This document shows, piece by piece, positions 28,438 through 37,592 of a stretch of 49,998 nt of DNA. Both the position numbers and the translations under genes were made by a program. Under the pieces are notes generated by a model. The model was not told where the DNA came from and ran no database searches. It saw only the letters and a program-made list of their open reading frames with translations. Position 1 is the first letter of the stretch. Every line of letters begins with the position of its first letter. The DNA comes from a virus (taxonomy: Duplodnaviria > Caudoviricetes), in the IMG/VR virus record IMGVR_UViG_3300025816_002083, positions 1-49,998 of that record. One strand, written 5' to 3'.

Positions 28438-30362
28438 TGAAGAAAAAAGTATTATTTCAAACTGATTCTAGTTTAGCTAAAACGGGCTTTGGCAGAAATG
28501 CTAAGGCCCTTTTGTCTTATCTATATAAAACAAAAAAATATGAAATAGTGCAGTATTGTTGCGGTACTGATTATTCTAACCCTAGCTTGCAAGCTACGCC
28601 TTGGAAGTCTATTGGCACTTTACCAAGTGATCCAGCCGAAAGAAGCCGAATAGGTCAAGACGCTGGGCAGGCTAGGTTAGCTAGTTACGGAGGATATTTA
28701 ATTGATAAAGTTATCAAAGAGGAAAAACCAGATTTCTATTTTGGTGTTCAGGATATTTGGGGAACTGAGTTCGCAATCGATAAACCTTGGTTCAAAAAAA
28801 TAAATTCTGTTATCTGGACCACCTTGGATTCATTACCTATTCTACCATCAGCAGTTAAAAACGCTCCTAAAATAGAAAATTATTGGATATGGAGCTCTTT
28901 TGCAACGAAAGCTCTTAATGAAATGGGTCATAAGCATGTTAAAACAATGCATGGCTGTATTGACACTTCTAATTTTTATAGATTATCAGATGAAAAAAGA
29001 TTAGAGTTGAGAAAAAATAACAATATAGAAGAAGATGCTTTTATAATTGGGTTTGTTTTTAGAAACCAGCTTCGTAAATCTGTACCCAACCTACTGGAAG
29101 GTTATGCAAAATGGAAAAAAGATAACAAGCCAGAACGCAAAACTTACCTACTTTTACACACGTATTGGAAAGAAGGGTGGAATATTCACTCTTTGGCTAA
29201 AGAATACGGGATTCCAGTAGATGAAATTTTAACAACTTATGTTTGTAAAAAATGCTCGGGTTATCAAGTAAAACCTTACGCAGGAGAAGATCAAGTATGT
29301 CCAGCTTGTTATCCTGAAAAAACTCAAATAACTACGAGTGTAGGGTTCGGAGTTTCCGAGCAGCAGTTAAATGAAGTATATAATTTAATGGATGTCTACT
29401 GCCATCCTTTTACGAGTGGTGGTCAGGAAATACCTATTCAAGAGGCTAAATTAACTGAGCTAATAACTTTAGTTACAGACTATAGCTGCGGTGAAGAAAG
29501 TTGTGAAGAAGGTTCAGCTTCGATACCTTTAAATTGGACAGAGTATAGAGAGCATCAAACGGAATTTAGAAAAGCTTCTACATGCCCTGTGTCCATAGCT
29601 TCATCAATTGATAAGGTTTATAACATGACAACCGAAAAGAGAAGGGAAATGGGCAAGCAAGCGCGAGATTGGGCTTATGATAACTTTTCTGTAGAAGTTG
29701 TGGGGAAGAAATTCGAAGACTTTATAGATAACACACCTAATAAAAATTATGACTTTAAAGATGAAGACCCCGATCAGCAAAAAAGAAATTTTCCTGATGG
29801 GGTAGTTCCTCATGTTGAAAGTGATTCGGAGTGGATTTTATCATTATATAAAATTATTTTAAATACAGATAATCACACAAATGATGAAGGCTACAAAACT
29901 TGGATGAACTCTTTAGCCAATAAAGTCCCGAGGTCTCAAGTCGAAGACTATTTTAGAAAAGTAGCTCGAGAACATAATGCTAAATATTTTCCTGTTAAGA
30001 TAGAAGACTACTTAGATGAAGACGATGAAGGTAAACGTATGATATATGTTATGCCTGAGTCAGAAGTCGATGTTTTTCTTTCAACAGCTCTATTCAAGTC
30101 AATAAAAAATAAATACCCTGAATACAACCTGTATGTAGCTACAAAACCTGAAAATTTTTCTATTCTTTTAGGAAATGAGCATGTTCATGCTACTATCCCT
30201 TATAATCCTCAGTTTGATAATACTCTCTATTTGGAAGGCGTTGGTGACACAGGGGGTAATTTTGAAATTGCTTTCACGCCACACCTTACTACTCAGAGAG
30301 TTAGCAATTATATTCATAATAATAAAGATTTAGTAAATAAAGAATACTTATGCACATTTTAG
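28437..30362 (+). CDS. Multidomain GT4 glycosyltransferase with inserted Cys4 motif
   Basis: TGFGR, RNQLRK, CKKC...CPAC, GGQEIPIQEA; GT9-like C-terminal part. Confidence 0.8.
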   Translation: MKKKVLFQTDSSLAKTGFGRNAKALLSYLYKTKKYEIVQYCCGTDYSNPSLQATPWKSIGTLPSDPAERSRIGQDAGQARLASYGGYLIDKVIKEEKPDFYFGVQDIWGTEFAIDKPWFKKINSVIWTTLDSLPILPSAVKNAPKIENYWIWSSFATKALNEMGHKHVKTMHGCIDTSNFYRLSDEKRLELRKNNNIEEDAFIIGFVFRNQLRKSVPNLLEGYAKWKKDNKPERKTYLLLHTYWKEGWNIHSLAKEYGIPVDEILTTYVCKKCSGYQVKPYAGEDQVCPACYPEKTQITTSVGFGVSEQQLNEVYNLMDVYCHPFTSGGQEIPIQEAKLTELITLVTDYSCGEESCEEGSASIPLNWTEYREHQTEFRKASTCPVSIASSIDKVYNMTTEKRREMGKQARDWAYDNFSVEVVGKKFEDFIDNTPNKNYDFKDEDPDQQKRNFPDGVVPHVESDSEWILSLYKIILNTDNHTNDEGYKTWMNSLANKVPRSQVEDYFRKVAREHNAKYFPVKIEDYLDEDDEGKRMIYVMPESEVDVFLSTALFKSIKNKYPEYNLYVATKPENFSILLGNEHVHATIPYNPQFDNTLYLEGVGDTGGNFEIAFTPHLTTQRVSNYIHNNKDLVNKEYLCTF

Positions 30363-31543
30363 AATCTTACGCTTTACAAAATGATCTCAAGATAGATTTA
30401 CCAGAGGTATATGAAAAATATTTCCCCCTCGCTGTAGATAAGTTTATAACTTTAGACACCTCCTCCTTAGAAACTGGAGCAATGATGTATGACTATTGGA
30501 ATTTAGTCGTTGAATCTTTATCAGGTAGACTTGAAGCTCAAGGAATAAAAATAGTTCAACTAGGCTCTAAAAAATGTCAACCCATTCCGGGGTGTTATTT
30601 AACAGTTGGTCAGTGTGATTTTAATCAACGAAGTTATATAATTAAAAGATCTTTACTGCATCTAAGTGTTAATAATGAATCTTCTCATATTGCTTCAGGT
30701 TTTAACAAAAAACTTGTAGTCGTTTTTCCTAGAAACTGTTACGTAAATCAATTTAGCCCTTACTGGTCTAAGACTGATGACGTTACTATTTTACAGGGGG
30801 AGAGCTCTTTAAAAAAACCTTCCTATAATCCAGCCGAGTCTCCTAAAACAATAAACACGGTCAAACCTGAAGAAATTGTTAAAGCAGTACTTCGAAAGTT
30901 AGATCTTTTTGAAGAAAGTGATCCCGATTGGCAATACGAAACTTTAAAAATTGGCGCTTCTTATAATCGCAGAAGAATTGAATCAAATTTAAGTCATTTG
31001 ATAGACCCTAAACAGCTAGGGGTAGCTTCTATTATAGTTAGAATGGATTTAAATTTTAACGAAGCTAATCTTGAAGAGCAGTTAAAACAAGGACCTTGCT
31101 CAATAATTACCAATAAAGCTATAAACAATGAAATTATAGATAAATACCACAAGAGTATACTGGAAATAGTTTACTATATCACTGATGATCATGATCCAGA
31201 CTTCATTAAAAAAATAAAATCTAAATCTATTAAATATATACTAAGAAGTAGGAAAAGTGATGAAGAAATTAATGACCTTAAATTAGATTACTTTGACTAT
31301 GGTATAATAACACGAATGGCTCCGAAAGAACAAAATGATTTTAAAGAGCTGAAAGACAAGGACAATTTATTTTATCGATCAAATTATTTTATTATTCATA
31401 ATCGTAAATTTTATCCAAATACCGCAGCTTTAGCTAGACTAAAACAAGGGGGCGAAGTTTTTAATCACGATCCTCACGAAGTGATTGATGACCCTTCTTT
31501 TTGGGAGGATGAAGAGCACTACCATATTTTTAGGAAAAAGTAA
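30350..31543 (+). CDS. Glycosyltransferase-like protein (GT9-like N-terminus)
   Basis: YDYWNLVV, KIVQLG, SSHIASGFNKKLVVVF. Confidence 0.6.
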   Translation: MHILESYALQNDLKIDLPEVYEKYFPLAVDKFITLDTSSLETGAMMYDYWNLVVESLSGRLEAQGIKIVQLGSKKCQPIPGCYLTVGQCDFNQRSYIIKRSLLHLSVNNESSHIASGFNKKLVVVFPRNCYVNQFSPYWSKTDDVTILQGESSLKKPSYNPAESPKTINTVKPEEIVKAVLRKLDLFEESDPDWQYETLKIGASYNRRRIESNLSHLIDPKQLGVASIIVRMDLNFNEANLEEQLKQGPCSIITNKAINNEIIDKYHKSILEIVYYITDDHDPDFIKKIKSKSIKYILRSRKSDEEINDLKLDYFDYGIITRMAPKEQNDFKELKDKDNLFYRSNYFIIHNRKFYPNTAALARLKQGGEVFNHDPHEVIDDPSFWEDEEHYHIFRKK

Positions 31544-31572
31544 TTGACTTTAAAACCGTAGCCAAATACTAT
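31544..31572 (+). promoter_or_regulatory. Sigma70-type promoter
   Basis: TTGACT-N17-TACTAT, 10 nt before ATG. Confidence 0.65.
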
Positions 31573-31582
31573 TATCCCTAAT

Positions 31583-32302
31583 ATGGGAACTATGATTAAC
31601 AAACCGCCTTTGATCGTTAAGCGCAATCAGTATGGGCTTTTAGAGGACGAAAATGTAAAATATGAATTCACTCTTGATGGCAGTGTCAACTGGCGCAAGA
31701 TGATCAAACCTGAATTTCTTGTTGCTAATAGAGATATAACAGCGGAGACAGATATTAGTAAGCTGGAGGATAGGGAGCTAATTATTTTGCTCGGGGGGCT
31801 TAAAGACTTAGCCTCTATTCGTGGGTATACTTCTGTTGAGTACAGGGTCCATAAATCTTCTGCTGAATACGTATGTACTTCTTGTAGAATAACTTGGATA
31901 CCTAATTTTGAGACTACTGGAGAAGATCCTATTATTTTCGAAGCCATCGCTGACGCACATCTTAATAATACCGAAGGTTTTAGCCAAATGTATTTAGGCG
32001 CAATAGCAGAAAATAGAGCTTTCTGTCGTGCTGTAAGGAACTTCTTGCGTATTAATATTGTCGCTAAAGAAGAATGCAAGTCTGTTAAAATCTCAAAACC
32101 TATTCCTAGTCAGAACTCTGCTTCACCTGATATCTTTTTGGTTAACCTAATGAAGGATAAAAAAATAGATTTTGCTACAATACAGAGTAAGATGGTAAAA
32201 GAATCTGTTGATGGAGCTAGTGAATGGAAGAGCGTTAAAGATATTCCACGAATTAAGATGTTCGAAATCATTGAGAGGATTCAGAAGAAAACTAAAAAAT
32301 GA
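31583..32302 (+). CDS. Putative Rad52/Sak-like ssDNA annealing protein
   Basis: GGLKDLA..RG, ADAH, AIAENRAFCRAVRNFLRI helix. Confidence 0.5.
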   Translation: MGTMINKPPLIVKRNQYGLLEDENVKYEFTLDGSVNWRKMIKPEFLVANRDITAETDISKLEDRELIILLGGLKDLASIRGYTSVEYRVHKSSAEYVCTSCRITWIPNFETTGEDPIIFEAIADAHLNNTEGFSQMYLGAIAENRAFCRAVRNFLRINIVAKEECKSVKISKPIPSQNSASPDIFLVNLMKDKKIDFATIQSKMVKESVDGASEWKSVKDIPRIKMFEIIERIQKKTKK

Positions 32303-32718
32303 AAATAGCAATAATAAGCGGAGGTTTTGACCCAATTCATGTAGGGCATATTGAGTTAATGCAGAAAGCTAGGGAAATTTCTGACGCTTTATTGGTTATA
32401 GTTAATAATGATGAGTTTTTGATTAATAAAAAAGGAAAAGCGTTTATGCCTTTTGACGAAAGGGTTAAAATTATACAGTCTATACAATATGTTAGCGGGG
32501 TTGTAAAATCTGTTGATAAAGATCAGACTGTCTGTGAAACGTTAAAACAAATTGTAGCCAACTCTAACTTAGACGAAACACTTTTATTCTGTAACGGAGG
32601 AGACAGGACTTCCGGTGAAAATACCCCAGAGCATAAATTATGTTTAGAGTTAGGTATTAAACCACAATACGGGTTAGGGGGTAAAGTTCAAAGTAGTAGT
32701 TGGCTTGTGAAAGGGTGA
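32299..32718 (+). CDS. Cytidylyltransferase-like (HIGH) nucleotidyltransferase
   Basis: SGGFDPIHVGH, NGGDR, QSSS. Confidence 0.9.
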   Translation: MKIAIISGGFDPIHVGHIELMQKAREISDALLVIVNNDEFLINKKGKAFMPFDERVKIIQSIQYVSGVVKSVDKDQTVCETLKQIVANSNLDETLLFCNGGDRTSGENTPEHKLCLELGIKPQYGLGGKVQSSSWLVKG

Positions 32719-32728
32719 AAGTTTATTT

Positions 32729-32805
32729 GGGCCCATAGCTCAGTTGGTTAGAGCAAGCGACTCATAATCGCTGGGTCGGGGGTTCAAGTCCCTCTGGGCC
32801 CACCA
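32729..32805 (+). tRNA. tRNA-Ile2 (CAT anticodon, lysidine type, reads AUA)
   Basis: Cloverleaf GGGCCCA/TGGGCCC, arm AGCGA-CTCATAA-TCGCT as in bacterial Ile2, encoded CCA; Met identity not fully excluded. Confidence 0.9.
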
Positions 32806-32809
32806 AGCT

Positions 32810-32885
32810 GCTCCGATGGCCGAATGGATAAGGCAACAGCCTTCTAAGCTGTAGATTCTAGGTTCAAGTCCTAGTCGGAGCGCCA
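32810..32885 (+). tRNA. tRNA-Arg (TCT)
   Basis: GCTCCGA/TCGGAGC acceptor, ACAGC-CTTCTAA-GCTGT, TTC loop, CCA. Confidence 0.95.
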
Positions 32886-32897
32886 AAAATTTAAATT

Positions 32898-33311
32898 ATG
32901 GAACAGGAATCATTAAATAAGACATGGTTTGTAGATATTGACGGAACAATAGTCCATCACTACAGTAACCATACGTTAGACGAAGCCATTGAAAAAATGG
33001 GAAATGATAGTTTTTTAACTGAGAAACCAATTAAAAAAAGTATAGATTTCCTTAATTCTTTGCCTAAAGGTGATGTAATTGTCTTAACCACAGCAAGAAA
33101 CACAGAGCACAAACAGCACACGTTAGATATGCTAAGACATTTTAATGTAAGGTATGACAAAATTATGTTTGATTTAGAGTCTGGTCCTCGGTATGTTGTT
33201 AATGATATAAAACCAGTAGGAACTGCAGGTAATGACAAACCTATTAAAACAGCTTACGCTATAAATGTTGAAAGAGATAAAGGTATCCAAAGCAAACAGT
33301 ATGAATGTTAA
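32898..33311 (+). CDS. HAD-superfamily phosphatase-like protein
   Basis: FVDIDGTI, LTTAR, VVND. Confidence 0.8.
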   Translation: MEQESLNKTWFVDIDGTIVHHYSNHTLDEAIEKMGNDSFLTEKPIKKSIDFLNSLPKGDVIVLTTARNTEHKQHTLDMLRHFNVRYDKIMFDLESGPRYVVNDIKPVGTAGNDKPIKTAYAINVERDKGIQSKQYEC

Positions 33312-33942
33312 ATTAATTTCATTAACTCAACCTCATGATAGTGATATGAATTGTGAGGATTTAATTGCTTATTGTGCACGAGTAAGTAACCCATCTAATC
33401 AAAATAATACTGCTACTGCTCCAAAACTGTTAAAATATTTGATTAAACATCGTCATTGGTCACCATTTGAGATGGCTAGTATGACTTTAGAAATAAAAAC
33501 CAGTAGAGCGATTGCTGCTCAAGTACTTAGACATCGCAGTTTTAGTTTTCAGGAGTTCAGTCAGAGGTATTCGGTTGCTCAAGAGCTAGAGCCTGTTGAA
33601 CTAAGACAACAGGCAGTTAAAAATAGACAGAGCAGTACAAGTGAATTTACTAACTCTACTTTTCTAGCAAAAACCAGAGAGCATTTAGCTAAATCTGTAG
33701 CCCTTTATAACGAGGCGATTAAGCTTGGAGTAGCAAAAGAGTCTGCTAGGCTGCTGCTACCTCTTACTACCGAAACTACAATGTATATGGCTGGAACAAT
33801 TCGTTCTTGGGTCCATTATATTGATTTGAGGTCACAGGAAGATACTCAGAAAGAGCATAGAGATATAGCTGTAAAATGTAGAGATATTTTTTGTGAAAAT
33901 TTTCCTAACATTTCCGAAGCATTGAGTTGGAAAAATGTGTAA
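33301..33942 (+). CDS. thyX: FAD-dependent thymidylate synthase
   Basis: HWSPFE, QVLRHRSFSFQEFSQRY, ARLLLP, QKEHR. Confidence 0.96.
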   Translation: MNVKLISLTQPHDSDMNCEDLIAYCARVSNPSNQNNTATAPKLLKYLIKHRHWSPFEMASMTLEIKTSRAIAAQVLRHRSFSFQEFSQRYSVAQELEPVELRQQAVKNRQSSTSEFTNSTFLAKTREHLAKSVALYNEAIKLGVAKESARLLLPLTTETTMYMAGTIRSWVHYIDLRSQEDTQKEHRDIAVKCRDIFCENFPNISEALSWKNV

Positions 33943-33951
33943 TTCTAAAAA

Positions 33952-35175
33952 ATGATTGTTGACCTTACATCTCAAATACTAGCGGAAAAAGAGAATAAAA
34001 CTCTTAATAAACCTTTCCGGACACCCGGCGGTCCCAAAAAGTTCTCTGTTTACGTTAAGAACGAGAAAGGGAATGTCGTAAAAGTTAACTTCGGCGACCC
34101 TAACATGGAGATAAAACGCGATGACCCTGATCGGCGTCGAAGTTTTCGGGCTCGTCACAACTGTAGTGATTCGGGACCTAAGACTAAAGCTCGATATTGG
34201 AGCTGTAAGATGTGGGAAGCTAAAAAATCAGTAACTGATTACGTTAAAGGGGAATGGAATGGTTCTGATCTGTTTGATCATGATAATTTGCTAACGATTA
34301 ATCCGAGTTTAGCTTTTACTGATGAGGAGGACACAGAGATAGATGACGGTTGTGGGTGTGGGGGGTGTGGTTGTGAATCTCAAGCAGCTCACAGTATGTC
34401 TAAGTATAGTTTTAATAACCCCGGTGAAGCAATGAAAATGGCAAGAAAATTGGGTTTTGATAAAGTTCATACTCATAAACAGGGGGATGATACAGTTTTT
34501 ATGCCCGGTCCTAGCCATGAAGCCTTAATGAAAAAGCTCAAACAGTCTAAAGGTAGCGACGACGAAGAAATAAATATGATTTCAGCACAGGTTGCTAAAT
34601 CTATTGATCAGATGGTTGAGCTTCAGGCTATGATTAGAGAGATGCCTCAAGACACCGATTTTGAAGGATGGATTCAGTCAAAGATTACAAAAATATCAGA
34701 CTATGTAAATAGTGTTCATAGTTATTTAAAGTATTATGACAGTTCTGATGCTTCTCTCTATGAAATGTCAGCAGAAGAATATAAGGAAGTCATGAGTACT
34801 GAAGATATACTTGCTGCTAGACCGGGGCCAAAATCAGGAGCTCAGACTCCTTCCAAGCCTAGCGAAAAAAAGAAAGGTTCTTCTAAAAATAAGCCCGGTA
34901 GCGCAGGTAAAGGCGGATCTTCTATTACTTTTTCTGAACAGGTACTTAACTCTTTAAAAAATAAAGTCAAAGAACACAACACTAAGAACAAAAAGAAAGT
35001 GACTCTTGGCCAACTTAAAAAAGTTTACAGGCGTGGAGCGGGAGCATTTTCTCAATCTCATCGTCCCGGAATGACTCGGGGAGGATGGGCTATGGCTCGT
35101 GTTAACATGTTTTTAAAAATGAAACGTGGTGGGAAAGTTAAAGATTCTTACCGAAAAGCAGATGGGGATATATAG
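33952..35175 (+). CDS. Multidomain phage protein of unknown function
   Basis: KVNFGDPNM...SFRARHNC...ARYWSC N-domain and LKKVYRRGAGAF..HRPG..WAMARVN C-domain, both recalled from large marine phages. Confidence 0.7.
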   Translation: MIVDLTSQILAEKENKTLNKPFRTPGGPKKFSVYVKNEKGNVVKVNFGDPNMEIKRDDPDRRRSFRARHNCSDSGPKTKARYWSCKMWEAKKSVTDYVKGEWNGSDLFDHDNLLTINPSLAFTDEEDTEIDDGCGCGGCGCESQAAHSMSKYSFNNPGEAMKMARKLGFDKVHTHKQGDDTVFMPGPSHEALMKKLKQSKGSDDEEINMISAQVAKSIDQMVELQAMIREMPQDTDFEGWIQSKITKISDYVNSVHSYLKYYDSSDASLYEMSAEEYKEVMSTEDILAARPGPKSGAQTPSKPSEKKKGSSKNKPGSAGKGGSSITFSEQVLNSLKNKVKEHNTKNKKKVTLGQLKKVYRRGAGAFSQSHRPGMTRGGWAMARVNMFLKMKRGGKVKDSYRKADGDI

Positions 35176-35176
35176 T

Positions 35177-35323
35177 ATGAGTAATAAAGAACAGATACAG
35201 GATATGATAGAGTCTCTTAGCTCTCTTGATACACAAAGAATGACTGAGGATAATAAAGATGAGGCAGCTTATTTGATTAATGATATAATTATTTCATTAG
35301 AGGAATTGATTGACATATGCTAG
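35177..35323 (+). CDS. Small acidic hypothetical protein
   Basis: ATG 2 nt after previous stop; MSNKEQIQDMIESL... Confidence 0.55.
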   Translation: MSNKEQIQDMIESLSSLDTQRMTEDNKDEAAYLINDIIISLEELIDIC

Positions 35324-35338
35324 AGGTCAGCTTATCAT
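35310..35338 (+). promoter_or_regulatory. Sigma70-type promoter, leaderless
   Basis: TTGACA-N17-TATCAT, 6 nt before ATG 35345. Confidence 0.7.
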
Positions 35339-35344
35339 ACTTTA

Positions 35345-35692
35345 ATGTATGAGTATAGAGCTGAATTAGTTAGAGTAATAGATGGAGACACAGTTGATTT
35401 AATTATCGACTGTGGTTTTTCCATTTTTACACACCAAAGAGTCCGCCTCTACGGTATAAATACTCCAGAAACCCGCACTAGGGACAAAGAAGAAAAGGTT
35501 AAAGGTCTAGCTGCGAAAGCTAGGCTAGAAGAGCTTTTACAGTCTACTGATAACATCTTAATAACAACGAAGCTCGACAAAAAAGGGAAATACGGTAGAC
35601 TTTTAGGGACCTTGTGGGACGAGAATAAGGAAAATAATTTTAATCAAATGCTTCTTAGTGAAGGACATGCTGTAGAATATGGAAAGAACTAA
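35345..35692 (+). CDS. Thermonuclease (SNase-like)
   Basis: RVIDGDTV, RVRLYGINTPE, GKYGRLLG, GHAV.Y. Confidence 0.92.
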   Translation: MYEYRAELVRVIDGDTVDLIIDCGFSIFTHQRVRLYGINTPETRTRDKEEKVKGLAAKARLEELLQSTDNILITTKLDKKGKYGRLLGTLWDENKENNFNQMLLSEGHAVEYGKN

Positions 35693-36284
35693 AATGAACA
35701 TAGCGATTGTTAGTTTTGAATGCCCTCCCGCTAATGATAGAGAAATAAGTTTTCCAAATAAGCAGAGGTATTGCGATAAACATGGTTATGATTTTATATC
35801 ATATACTGATTCCGTTGAGAAAGACCTTCATCCCGCTTGGTCAAAAGTACCATACGTCTCTAAACATTTATCTGATTACGATTGGGTCGTATGGATGGAT
35901 TCAGACACATATCTTATAAATGCTGATACGAAGCTAGAGTCATTTATTGATGAGTCTAAAAATTTTATAATTCAAACTAAACTTTCAGGGTCTATTTGTT
36001 GTGGAGCTTTCTTTATTAAAAATTCTAAATGGAGCATAGACCTGTTGAGTCGATGGTGGTCTACAAGATTTGATACAGAATGCTTGGATGCTAATAATAA
36101 AATATGGGAAGAGCTTGGTTTGAAAAAGATTGTTGGAGATCAAGGGGAAAAAGATTTAGATAATATTAAAGTTTTAACAGAAGGTCTTCAAAGTAATCCA
36201 GAGAACACCAATAAAAATACTTTTTTGATGCACTCGAGGAGGGGGCACAGAGATATATCCTCGAAATCTCATTTAATTTTTTGA
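35679..36284 (+). CDS. GT34-like glycosyltransferase (paralog 1)
   Basis: NKQRYCDKHGY, WSKV, YDWVVWMDSD. Confidence 0.8.
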   Translation: MERTKMNIAIVSFECPPANDREISFPNKQRYCDKHGYDFISYTDSVEKDLHPAWSKVPYVSKHLSDYDWVVWMDSDTYLINADTKLESFIDESKNFIIQTKLSGSICCGAFFIKNSKWSIDLLSRWWSTRFDTECLDANNKIWEELGLKKIVGDQGEKDLDNIKVLTEGLQSNPENTNKNTFLMHSRRGHRDISSKSHLIF

Positions 36285-36314
36285 ACATGTCTTAGGGTTT
36301 AATATAATTTAAAG

Positions 36315-36890
36315 ATGACTAACAACCCTTTAGATTTTACCTTAGCTGAAACTAACTTAGTAGAGGAGCGCTTAACGCGTGAAGCTTGTCTGAACTTCGG
36401 TAATGAAAATTTTTCTAATCGCCGCACAATGCTAGAATGGGGTGTAGGCGGTAGTACTTTTTGTTTTAGTAGACACGTTTATAAATATTATGCGATAGAG
36501 CATGATTACGATTGGTACAATAAAGTTTGCAAAGAGCTTTTAGATAGAGGAACTTCAAATGTTATGTTAAACTTTGCTTTACCAAATGATCGTGAAGCTT
36601 ATGACTACAATATTGACGTACCTATTTTTAATAATGAAAAAGGTAAAGATATATTCAAGCATTATATTAATTACTGTACTAATTTCCCTTTCGCATTTGA
36701 TTTCGTATTGATTGATGGCCGAGCTAGAAAACACTGTGCCTTTAAAATACATCCATTATTGAAACCCGAGAGCTTGGTTTTCTTTCATGATTTCAATAAT
36801 AGACCTTATTATCACGACATTTTAAAAGAAAAATATAAAATAGTAGAGAAACAAGACTCTCTTGCTGTTCTATCCCCCATTAAGCAATGA
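36315..36890 (+). CDS. SAM-dependent methyltransferase-like protein
   Basis: LEWGVGGST, IEHD, FVLIDGRAR, FHDF; TTGAAC-N16-TATAAT promoter 6 nt upstream. Confidence 0.8.
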   Translation: MTNNPLDFTLAETNLVEERLTREACLNFGNENFSNRRTMLEWGVGGSTFCFSRHVYKYYAIEHDYDWYNKVCKELLDRGTSNVMLNFALPNDREAYDYNIDVPIFNNEKGKDIFKHYINYCTNFPFAFDFVLIDGRARKHCAFKIHPLLKPESLVFFHDFNNRPYYHDILKEKYKIVEKQDSLAVLSPIKQ

Positions 36891-36959
36891 CAACGATGAT
36901 TTTATTAACTACTGTAGTGATATCTCTTTTGTTTATCATAGAGACTACGAACTCTTAAT

Positions 36960-37583
36960 ATGAAAATTGCATTAGTAACATATGAATGTCCTCCCGCAGA
37001 CTTTAAAAAGATAAGTTTTCCAAATAAGAAAAAATACTGCGAGAAACATGGGTATGACTTTTGGGGCTCTGAGCAAAAATTATCGAAATTTCATCGCCCT
37101 TCGTGGGATAAAATTTTACATGTCCTGAGTTTTATAGAAGGTTATGATTGGATTTTTTGGTCTGACGCTGATAGTTTTGTAATAAATTCTGAAATTAAAT
37201 TAGAACAGTTTATAGACAATGAGAAAGACTTTATCATTGGTGTCGATGAGCACATACAAGTAAATATCAGGGCTTCTAGGTACGTAGGTATTAACTCAGG
37301 TCAGTTTTTTATAAAGAATACTCCTTGGTCTATAAATTTACTAAACACATGGTGGGAGCAGCATAAAATAGATTCTGACCCTTCAGCGCCTCAGTGGGAT
37401 CAGCTCGCTCTTAAAAAAATGATAGGAGCAGGAGGAGAATTTTATCCTGAAAAAGTTAAGGTTTATACAAATCCTCGGGAAGGTTTTAATGTAGTGCCTG
37501 AGTTTACAAATTCAGACACTTTTATTATGCATTGCCGTCGGGAGCATCGTAACTTCGAAGATAAAAAGCATTTAATTTTTTAA
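36960..37583 (+). CDS. GT34-like glycosyltransferase (paralog 2)
   Basis: NKKKYCEKHGY, WDKI, YDWIFWSDAD, INSG.FFIKN, WDQ. Confidence 0.85.
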   Translation: MKIALVTYECPPADFKKISFPNKKKYCEKHGYDFWGSEQKLSKFHRPSWDKILHVLSFIEGYDWIFWSDADSFVINSEIKLEQFIDNEKDFIIGVDEHIQVNIRASRYVGINSGQFFIKNTPWSINLLNTWWEQHKIDSDPSAPQWDQLALKKMIGAGGEFYPEKVKVYTNPREGFNVVPEFTNSDTFIMHCRREHRNFEDKKHLIF

Positions 37584-37592
37584 AAAATATTT

